From Pecten maximus (lineage: Eukaryota), in the NCBI RefSeq assembly GCF_902652985.1, contig NC_047020.1:15748001-15812000 (forward strand): a stretch of 64,000 nt of DNA, read 5' to 3'. The notes below the pieces were generated by a model. That model saw nothing but the letters and a program-made list of their open reading frames with translations. It was not told the DNA's origin and searched no databases. A program made the translations under genes and the position numbers. Each line of letters begins with the position of its first letter. The stretch's first letter is position 1. Below, one piece after another: positions 1-12,100 of this stretch.

Positions 1-118
1 CGCTATTTGGTTCAAATTTTGCAATCGGCTTTTGCAGTGGTCATTAAAACGCTTTATTTCAGAGGTGATCTGTATTAAGCTTTTCGATGATATCGAAGTA
101 TGCGGAAACTGCAATAAA

Positions 119-3100
119 ATGGACAGATTTGAGTGGGGTGACGACAGCTTTATTCCTGGTGAAAGACAAGTATTACAGCAACGAGGGGTGGCTTTGTATG
201 ATGGATATGATAAGGTATTGTCTTTCTTCCATATATGAGTTTCACGTGTAACTGTATATATATATATATGTGGCGCATCCCCGATGCAATTACTGGCAAA
301 ATTACGACTGCCCTTTTGACAGTTTGCCGTCATTTTGTTGAGAAAAAAACTAAAGTTAGATTGTAATGATACATGATTTAGCACGATGGGTGTTTTGTGT
401 AACATGTCATTATATTTTCAGACTTCTTTTCAAGATGGAATTCTGGTTTTATCAACACATAAGCTAATATGGAAAGATATAAGGGACAGGGTAAGTTGAT
501 AAGAGTTTAGCTGTTTCTGTATAAATTATAAATGCGTATGTGTTGTGTGTAACACTTGTTATATTTAAGCATATACCTATAATAGAAGAACACGGTATGC
601 TAATTTCAATCACTCCATGTCCACGTTTTTAAATTTATGATTATTCTAGATCTGTTCACTTTAAAGTTTAATCGAAGATGTTCACTTGGCAGACTCCACA
701 ATGCTGAAATTGATATCTCAAAGTCAAAAGTGGGCATTTGGAAATGAAATGAATTCTGTATGTGATATGATCGTGCTGTTTTTCAAGTCAAAAGTGGGCA
801 TTTGGAAATGAAATGAATTCTGTATGTGATATGATCGTGCTGTTTTTCAAATAAAAGCATTTAAGAAAGTTTTCACTTTGTTTATTTATTGTCTTTTTCA
901 TTGTAGTCCCGTATTTTGGTATTACACCTTTCACTTGTTGTATTTCTGGAGGAACAACCATCAGGATTCGCTAAAAGGTTTTTATCATAATTCATTTACT
1001 GAATGGTCTTGCTAAGACTTGTATCACAGTATGTCACTGTTGTGAATCTGTAATATTTAGTGTTTCACTGATAGCGAATTATCTGTTATATAATATCCTG
1101 ATAATATTATATTATAGTAACATTAGTATTTTAAGGTTCTGTATACGTACCAAATATGATATTAAAGAACAACATATAATAAAAGACCTAAAATTTTCAT
1201 GATGGATTGTTTTGACTATTTTTAGTGTTTTTAGAGATCAATTTTAATAAATTTCATATTTTGGGATAGTGTCTAATTTTTGAATTTCAAGAAAATAAAA
1301 TATGTCAATATCGTGAACTGACACCACAATCCATAATGAGTATTTGATAACAAGTACATATAATTGTACATTAATTCTGATGTTTATAATCATTGATTTC
1401 TGTTAGTGCCAAGATTATTGTCCACCTGAATCCTGTGCCAAGTCAAAAATCTCCTGGGCCTGTTTCTCACAGTGTCAACCACTTCATCAGACTCTCCTTC
1501 AGGGATGCTGGCGAAAGAGAGGTAATGTCAATGTCATTGTACAAAGTCATTGATGTATGCCAAGTAGGACCATTGTAGTATCAATGTCATGATCAGATAA
1601 CAGAACTATTGCTGTGTAACATTAATGTATACCGTGGTATATATGTGGCATTCATATAATTATATTTACATTAACACTGCAGCCCCACTATATAACTTTA
1701 CCAAGCTCACTTGGAAGTTATGAGTCCATAACTTCCAAATCGTTATTATGACGTCATTGATATAGTGACGTCATAATTGTCACGTCGGCGATAACGAAAG
1801 ATGGCTGTTGAAAAGGCTGTTCTGTCTTTGACGATAATAATTTGTTCATTCATTGTCGGAGCAAAATTCCTGGATATAGTCTTTAAAAATCGTTGTCAAA
1901 TGTAAATATAAGCATTGAACTGCTTTTAGTTGGAAGTTATGGGCTGATGAATGCCAACTGGACAAAGGCAAATTCAACATGAAGCGCTAGCGCGCTTCAT
2001 TAAATTTGCCTTTGTCCAGTTGGCATTCATCAGCCCATAACTTCCAACTGAAAGCAGTTCAATGCTTAAATAGTACAGTTATAAATGATTATCTCCCTTC
2101 TAAAAATAAGATTGTTTCCATATAATACAGTTATAAATGATCGTTGTGGTATTTGACTGTTATTGAGTCTTTATCTTAATAAATTCAAATCTAGTAAGAC
2201 TTATTGCCTCCCCCACATCAAATTGTTTTCCTTACACACAAAGAAAACCCCAGATTATCTCACTTCCACAAATCAGAATGCCTCCCTTATTTAAATAAGA
2301 TTGTTTCCATGATAAGCACTAGGTTGTATTTGACATAAGAGTGTCACCTGTATACATTCTAGAGTATCTCTCTTACAGAGAGCAGATTATCTCTCTTAGT
2401 TACATTGCTTCCCTTTGATATAACCGATTGTCACACCAGATTTAAGCTGTACATCTGATTGTCTCCCTTGTTTCTATGAGATTGTCTCCCTTACACACAC
2501 ACCCTCACTCACATTAGTTTTAGTCTCCCTTTATACCATCAGGATTGTCTCCCTTACACACACACCCTCACTCACATTAGTTTTAGTCTCCCTTATACCA
2601 TCAGGATTGTCTACCTTACACACCATCACATGTTTTAGGCTTTACATCTGATTGTCTCCCTTATATCCATGAGATTGTCTCCCTTACACACACCCTCACT
2701 CCCTTATTCCATCTCAATTCTGGATTGTCTCCCTTACACACAAACACCATCACGCACACACACACAGTTTAGGCTTTACATCTGATTGTCTCCCCGATAT
2801 CTATGAGATTATCTCCATTACACACACAAAATGTTTTCATTGATATCAGATTGTTTGATGTATATATGACATGTCTGCCTTGCACACACAGATATTTTCA
2901 CTGCTTTTGGAATTTGGTCATAACTTTGAATTGGCAATAAAGTTGGACAAATATCCAATTGGCAAATATGTGAAAGCAAAAAGATGTAAGATTTTCATCA
3001 TAATTAATAGGTTGATTTGTCTCTCAGTCTCTAGGGTAACTCATGTACTTATTGAAATGAATCAATACCCAATTCAACCATCTGAACCCATGACTATCAT

Positions 3101-6100
3101 TGTTAGATAAAGATTGGACAGATACATCCAGATATTTTGACAATTTATTGAAACTCATTTTTTTTTTGAGATTTTAATGATTGCACTAGGGAAAAAAATA
3201 AAGGTTTTGCCATTGGGAATGGAGCCAATCTTTGATCCTGAATCCAGCAGAAAGAAAAACCCAGACAAACCAGAGTAATTTTCCTTAAATGCAAGTTATA
3301 TTGATCATGGCCATGTTAAGACTATATCATACTTTAGGTCACTTCAGCTCTTATTTCATTGACCTTTAAAACAATTTTGCAGTTTAATCAAGCTTTTTCT
3401 GAGCAACTTGAAAAGAGACTATGGGAACAAAGTATACCAACAGCAGTCCCTGCAGCGCAGGTATTATAAACCATTTTCTAGTACTTATATTCCCTTCCAC
3501 CTTCACTTGTAAGTACCATGCAGTCATTGAATACTTTACTGTTTTTAGGTCACCTGAGACAAAGTCTCAAGTGACCTATTCTAATCCCCTTTTGTCCGTC
3601 GTCGTCCGTCGTCCGTCCGTAAACAATTTACATTTTCGACTTCTTCTCCAAAACCCCTAAACCAAATTCCATGAATATTGGCAGGAAGCTTCTATGGCTA
3701 AAGGTCAACCAAAATTGTAAATTATATGGTCCCCACCCACCAGGGGCCTGAGGGGCGGGGCTAAAAAAGGGTCAAATTGACTTAAACTTCAAAAATCTTC
3801 TTCTCTACTCTCAGATATGGTGGAATCAAACACTCTTCGTAGATGGAAGGGTCTTAAGGTGCTTTACCAAAATTGTAAATTTCATGACCCTGGGGTCTCA
3901 CGTTTGCCCCTGGGGAGGGGGTAAACTTTACAATAGTTTATATAGGGAAATCACATTTTTGACTTTTATTTGTTTTATTTCTATTGGAATTCATTCTAAT
4001 TTGGTAAACATTGTCAGCATGAGATGACAGTTTGATGGCATGCACATGTTGGCCCTGACTGACCCCCAGGGGCTGATGGGCGGGGCTTAAAAGGGCCAAA
4101 TTGACTGAAATTTAAAAAATCTTCTTCTCAAGATGGAAATAAGGTGTAATCAAATACTCTTTATAGTTAGAAGGGTCTTCAGGTGCTTTACTTAAATTGT
4201 GAATTTCATGACCCTGGGGTCTCAAGTTTGCCCCTTGGGAGGGGGTAAACTTTACTATAGTTTATATAGGGAAATCACATTTTTTACTATAATTTGTTTG
4301 AATTTTATTGGAATTCATTCTAACTTAGTTAACATTATCACCTTGTGAAGGCAGTTTGATTGTATACACATGTTTGCCCTGACTGACCCCCAGGGGCTGA
4401 TGGGCGGGGCTAAAAAGGGCTAAATTGACTGAAATTTCAAAAATCTTCTTCTCAAGACCAAAATAAGGTGGAATCAAATACTCTTTATAGTTGGAAGCAT
4501 CTTAAAGTGCTTTACTAAAGTTTTGAATTTCATGACCCTGGGGTCTCAAGTTTGCCCCTGGGGAGGGGGTATACTTTACTATAGTTTATATAGGGAAATC
4601 ACATTTTTCACTATAATATGTTTGATTTCTATTGGAATTCATTCTATTTTGGTTAACATTATCAGCTTGGGATGACAGTTTGAGGGTATGCACATGTTGG
4701 CCCTGACTGACCCCTAGTTGCTAATGGGCGGGGCTAAAAAGGGTCAAATTGACTGAAATTTCAAAAATCTTCTTTTCAGACTGAAATAAAATAGAATCAA
4801 ATACTGTTTATAGATGGAGGGATTTTAAGGTGCTTTACTAAAATTGTGAATTTTATGACCCTGGGGTCACACATTTACCCCTGGGGAGGGGTAAATTTTA
4901 CTATAGTTTATATAGGGAAATCACATTTTTGACTGATTTGTTTGATTTCTATTGAATTCATTCTAACTTGGTTAACATTTTCAGCATGGGATGAAAGTTT
5001 GATAATATGCACATGTTGGCCCTGACTGACCCCTTGGGGCTTATGGGCGGGGCCAAAAATGGTCAATTAAATTAACTGAAATATTTCAAATCTCAGGTGA
5101 CCGTTAAGGCCCATGGGCCTCTTGTTCATTTAGCTATGAACTCATGCCTGGTAAGACATCTATTCATTGTAGATAAGGAAAAATTCTTACTATCTCATTG
5201 TGCTGTAAATATTGTCCATCCTGTACTTTAAGTAAAAATAATGTGTTAGCCTCCCTGAGCTTAAAACCGGACAAATATGAAGTAATTTCAGAAATCTTAA
5301 GTTTTAAATGCTTTGCTGTTACTGCTGGTAGTCTTTTGTAATGATTTATAGCCATGGCCTCTGTGATTGAAATATCTCTTTGTCGATGTCATATAATTAA
5401 TTTTTTTCAAATGAAACAAAACGATATATTAACAGTTAAATTTGTTGCAGAGCGGGCGACATCGGGCAGGAATTATGGGTATTGAACGATCATTGAAGCA
5501 AAAGCAAAAGGACACTGACAAAGATATCTCTAAAGCTTTTGAAGATCTCAGTAAACTTATGGATAAGGTAAGGTGATGACCATGGTGCTATAACTTTATG
5601 TCTGTGCTTTGAAAAGATTTTAAAGGGATTGATGATAAATTATTTCATTCCCTATAGTCAAAAATAGGAAACTACCAGTGAGGTTTCTCCAGGGACAAAT
5701 TCTGCCTACATAAAGATCAGTTCTTATCTAAGTTTGTCATTGTTTTACTACTAAATTTATTATTGTTTACCACATTATCTACAAATTCATGTATTTATCT
5801 AGTTGGCCGGACTTGTTTGATATCCGTTTCTTTAAAACTGTCTATTTCTCTCACCTGTACTATGTACTACAATGTTACTGGTTTCTGTTTTTGATAATTT
5901 AATGTTGAAAAATATGGCACATTATCTTTGAATTTATAATAATTGTAAAAATATACAATAGTGATGTATCTCATTTTCACATAGGCAAAGGAAATGGTTA
6001 ACTTATCAAAAACAATAGCAACAAAGATAAAAGAACGCCAAGGTGAAATATCAGAAGATGAGGTAGGTGAGATGTATTCCGTTCTCTATAACTAGACATG

Positions 6101-9100
6101 TGTCTGATATTCACATTGTTTTATTATACTTGACACAATTACCTGGTTTGAACTGGTTTACTCTGTTTTATAGTTTCACTTATACGTAGTAACATGGACT
6201 CTTTTTCAGCTTGCTCTTCATCTACCATAAATTATGTAGATCTATACATTTATATATTTTTTGTTGTTTCTATCCCAATATTTATAATAAAACCGTTATG
6301 TTTTGAATTCATGCAGAGTGATAAAATGTCATATTTACTGAGCTATAAATTTTTATGTTTCTAATTAACAGACAGTGAAGTTTAAGTCCTATTTACTCAG
6401 TATGGGTATACCCGATCCTGTGACCAGAGAAACACACGGAACTGGTGACAAATACTACTCGGAGTTAGCTAAACAGTTGTCCAAGGTCCTAGAAAATCAA
6501 CTTCAGGTAATCATACATCTCATACAAACAGTTGTTCAATGTCCTAGAAAATCAATATTTTGATCTATTCATACAAGTTATGCCATGTCACCATTTAAAA
6601 AAAAAATGAAATATTAAGTAAAGTCATAAACATATCTACATAAAATCATAGATAATTATGACATCATAATAAATAAATGAAGTTATATGATTATCTCTAT
6701 ATTCCGTCAAAAATCCACTCTCTTATATAGAAATTCATTTGAGCATTCTCTCTTACATTTTCATAAATTTGAGTTATGTGATCAACAGAATCTTACCGTT
6801 GAGTTCAGTAATTTATTAGGTCCAGAGTCTTTAGGAGATTGCGTATTAATTATTTTTTGATAAATTCCATAATACATAGCTATGTAAGATCCTCTATATG
6901 TTATAAAGTAGTTTACGCGTTAGTCTCACACTGACACAGATGTTATCTACTCCAACAGGAATGTGGTGGAATCATGACATTAACAGATGTTTACTGCCGT
7001 GTGAACAGAGCTAGAGGAATGGAGGTGAGCCATGTCAGGATAAACCTGTTGATCACCTAGTTTACAACAAAGTGATACTGTGATACAGCTTGTAGCTTGT
7101 GTCCTCCTACAGATTTTCCATTGTAGGTGGTGGGAGTCTAAAAGGAAGCTTGGGTCAGCAGGTCCATAGAATGCTATCACGAAGCACTTACCCGGTAGGA
7201 GGGGGTTGCGATAGCTCAGTTGTGTCAGACTATGTAACCTCAGGTGAAGATCAGAGGTGTTTGGTTTGATGCTGCCTACCCATGATCATTTGTGTTTCTG
7301 GGGAAGCTGAGAAACAAACTGGTCTGTGCTGCCATGGTAGTATCCTTGGGCAAGACACTTTACCTTGATTACTCTGGATGGCATGGAAAGGGCCTCACTT
7401 ATGTTGTTAAGTGAGGTAGCTACAAGGGGATCCCAACTTAAAATAGCCATGGCTGTTCACGGGGCGATTAACCCAGCAAAATAACAATAGAGGATATGAC
7501 TTATAATTTCATAGAACACCTGTAATTAGGCTGTCATTGTTGTGTATGCATCAATATATAAAGTTATAAAACAGTAAATATATACATACTAATGTCTAGT
7601 AATATTTGATATACTTAACTAATTACTGTCTGCACATTACGAATTAGACGAGAGAAAAAGTAAATGTAATTTGTTATTTAGGTATTACTAATATCCTATG
7701 CCATGAAGCCTGTAAGCTCTAGTGATACACAAAAACATGTAATACCAAAAATACTTTTTACTATTCATCAATGAGCACTTCTTCACAATTATTCTGATTT
7801 ATTAGCCCACCATCATCAGATGGTGGGCTATTCAAATCGCCCTGCGTCCGTGGTCCGTCGTCCGTCCGTCCGTCCCTCCGTCCGTCCGTCCGTAAACAAT
7901 TCTTGTTATCGCTAATCCTCAGAGAGTACTGAAGGGATCTTTCCCAAATTTCATATGTGGGTTCCCCTTGGTGCCTAGTTATGCATATTGCATTTTGAGA
8001 CCAATCGGAAAACAACATGGCCGACAGGCAGCCATCTTGGATTTTGACAATTGAAGTTTGTTATCGCTATTTCTGAGAAAGTACTGAAGGGATCTTTCTC
8101 AAATTTCATATGTAGGCTTCCCTTGGTGCCTAGTTATGCATATTGCATTTTGAGACCAATCAGAAAACAACATGGCCGACAGGCAGCCATCTTGGATTTT
8201 GATAATTGAAGTTTGTTATCGCTATTTCTGAGAAAGTACTGAAGGGATCTTTCTCAAATTTCATATGTAGACTCCCCTTGGTGCCTAGTTATGCATATTG
8301 CATTTTAAGACCAATCGGAAAACAACATGGCCGACAGGCAGCCATCTTGGATTTTGACAATTGAAGTTTGTTATCGCTATTTCTCAGAAACTTATGAAGG
8401 GATCTTTCTGAAATTTCATATAAAGGTTCCTCTTGGTGCCTAGTTATGCATATTGCGTTTTGAGACCAATTGGAAAACAACATGGCCGACAGGCAGCCAT
8501 CTTGGATTTTGACAATTGAAGTTTGTTATCGCTATTTCTCAGATACTTATGAAGGGATCTTTCTCAAATTTCATATGTAGGTTTCCCTCGGTGCCTAGTT
8601 ATGCATATTGCATTTTGAGACCAATCAGAAAACAACATGGCCGACAGGCAGCCATCTTGGGTTTTGACAATTGAAGTTTGTTATCGCTATTTCACAGAAA
8701 GTACTGAAGGGATCTTTCTGAAATTTCATATGTAGGTTCCCCTCTGTGCCTAGTTATGCATATTGCATTTTGAGACTATTCGGAAAACAACATGGCCGAC
8801 AGGCAGTCATCTTGGATTTTGACAATTGAAGTTTGTTATCGCTATTTCTCAGAAAGTACTGAAGGGATCTTTCTCAAATTTCATATGTAGGTTTCCCTCA
8901 GTGCGTAGTTATGCATATTGCATTTTGAGACCAATCGAAAAACAACATGGCCGACAGGCAGCCATCTTGGATTTTGACAATTGAAGATTGTTATCGCTAT
9001 TTATCAGAAATTGCTGAAAGGATCTTTCTGAATTTCATTTGTAGGTTGCCCTCTGTGTCTAGTTATACATATTGGATTTTGAGACCAGTCAGAAAACAAC

Positions 9101-12100
9101 CTTGCTGACAGGCAGCCATCTTGTATTTTGAAAATTGAAGTTTGTTATCGCTATTGTACAGAAGGTACTGAAGGGATCTTTCTCAAATTTCATATGTAGG
9201 TTCCCCTTGGTCCCTGGTATTGCATTTTGGGACCAATCGGAAAACAACATGGCCGACAGACAGCCATTATCGCTAAATCTTAAATTTTATATATAGGTTC
9301 CCCTTGTTTGAAAAGTACTAGATCTAGAGGGCTGTTTCTGAATTTACACAGATTAGTAAGACTTAGAAGAAGGGAAAAGTAGAGAAAAGATCAATCTGAC
9401 ATGGAACCTATAAAGATCATTCAATGGTGGGCGCCAAGATCCCTCTGGGATCTCTTGTTGATTGTCCTTTTGATCCGTGTTTTGTTTTTGTCCATTCAGT
9501 TGCTTTCACCAGAGGATATGTTACATGCATGTGAAATGTTGGAATCACTGCGACTCCCTGTTAGGTAAGCTTATCATAACTGAAGGTGAAATGTCACACT
9601 CATAAATACTGCCTATGAGGTAGATTTGCTGTAAAGTACAGTTTCTAGGAGGAATAAGGTGAAACACCAGTCATTCTTCATCTGCTAAAACTGACCATAA
9701 TCTTAGGCACCACAATTCTGACCTGTCACCTGTCTGCTAAAACTGACTATAATCTTAGTCAGCACAATTCTAAAAGGTCACCTGTCCGCTAAAACTTACC
9801 ATAATCTTAGGCACCACAATTCTGACCAGTCACCTGTCTGCTAAACTGACCATAATCTTAGGCACCACAATTCTGACCAGTTACCTGTCTGCTAAAACTT
9901 ACCATAATCTTAGGCACCACAATTCTGACCAGTCACCTGTCTGCTAAACTGACCATAATCTTAGGCACCACAATTCTGACCAGTTACCTGTCTGCTAAAA
10001 CTGACCATAATCCTCATTTGTCTGCTAAAACTGACCATAATCTCTGGCTATTAAATTCTAACCAGTTGCCTGTCAGTTTAAACTGACCATAATTTCTGGC
10101 TTCAAAATACTGACCGTTCACCTGTTAAACTGACCATAATCTCTGGCTTTGAAAGTCTGACCAGTCACCTGTCTGTTAAAACTGACCATAGTCCCAGGCT
10201 TCAAAAGTCTGACCAGTCACCTGTCTGTTAAAACTGACCATAATCCCAGGCTTCAAAAGTCTGACTGGTCACCTTTCAGTGAAAACTGACCATAATCTCT
10301 GGTTCCAAATTTCTGACCAGTTAGCTGCCTCTTAAAACTGACCATAAGCACAGGCTTCTAAGTTCTGACTGGTCACCTGCCTGTTAAAACTGATCATAAC
10401 ATCCAGCTCCAAAATTCTGACTGGTCACCTGTCTGTTAAAACTGACCATAATCTCTGGCTCCGAAATTCTGACCGGTCACCTGTCTCATAAAACTTGTAT
10501 GTAATAATCCTATACTTCAAAATTCTAATTAGGCACCTGTTTTAGGACAGCCAACCAGTCAGAATTTTGGAGCCTGTGGTTATGGTTGATTTTAGAGGAC
10601 TATCTGCATGATAAAATTTCTGTAGGTAAAGCGCGAGTTTTCAGATTTCAATATAAATGTCCATATAATTACAGAGGATTGAATGTCATTGTTTCAGAAT
10701 GAAGGTGTTTGATAGTGGAGTGATAGTTCTACAGCTACAGTCACACGATGAGGAACGAGTGATAAGTGATATAACAGATTTGGTAGGTTATCACTAAGCT
10801 TTCAGATATTTATGTAGATTGAACCCTATTACACTCTGTAGGACAGCTTTATTATCATGATTCACTTTTTCTGGAAGTTCTAGATTTACCTGATCCTGAT
10901 TGATACCATGGTGTAACTTTTTATCATACGCCCTGGACTATCGGACATTCTGATGTTATCATATTTCTCTCATATTCTTCATATCAGAATTTTAAGATTT
11001 GTTTATGGTATTCCACAAGATAAGTTTTAAGGTAACACAGCAGCACACAGGACAAGCTTTGATATAAAAGTACACTGTACAAGTTTTAATGTAACACACA
11101 CTACACAAGACGAAGTTTCAAGGTCAAAGTAAAGTACTACTTAAGAATTCAAATAAAGATTCAATATTCAAATATTTTATACCAATTTGCAGGTGAAGGA
11201 GAAAACAAAACTGACTGCTGACGAGTTGGCCCAGCTACAAGGAGTTTCTGTGATATTGGCCAAAGAAAGGTACGGCATGTTTTTATTTATCTGTAGTTTT
11301 CCAAAATAATGATACATTTTTCATAATGAAGAACTGGTGTTTCTATTTGCATCTTTGATTTTAATGATCGAAATGATACTATATGTACATGAATACATCG
11401 AGGTTCCCCAAGCAGTGATGTTTTGTTATCATGTTTAACTTTTGTTAGTTAATTTTCAAATTTAGGAAAGACACTCGCTTCTACTTCAATATACAATGTA
11501 TGTTTATATCTAACCCATTTGAGGATGAGAGTATGATTAAATGAAATTTCATAATCCAGAGTTTGTCTGAAAGCTATCCATATATATCCTTTTGAAATGA
11601 AAATAGGACACTTAATTTTCAGGAGGCCCATTCAAATCTTGAGGTACCCCAATTAATGTGAAAAGGACCCCATTCATAAATTACCGAGAGCAAACCTTAC
11701 AGTATACAAATAATTAGGGCCCCGCATCGAGAGATGCGGGTGCCCTATAGTAATCAGGTTGTCCGTCCGTCCGTCCGTCTGTCCGTTTTTTTAGCCCACC
11801 ATCATCAGATGGTGGGCTATTCAAATCGCCCTGCGTCCGTGGTCCGTCGTCCGTCCCTCCGTCCGTAAACAATTCTTGTTATCGCTATTTCTCAGAAAGT
11901 ACTGAAGGGATCTTTCTCAAATTTCATATTTAGGCTCCCCTTGGTGCCTAGTTATGCATATTGCATTTTGAGACCAATCTGAAAACAACATGGCCGACAG
12001 GCAGCCATCTTGGATTTTGACAATTGAAGTTTGTTATCGCTATTTCTCAGAAAGTACTGAAGGGATCTTTCTGAAATTTCATATGTAGGTGACCCTCTGT

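Noticed and set aside
7761-8483. ORFs 7761-8018, 8289-8483 and 13037-13228 with repeated peptide motifs
   Set aside because: They are antisense translations of the 155-bp satellite monomer and microsatellite, with no protein family signal.
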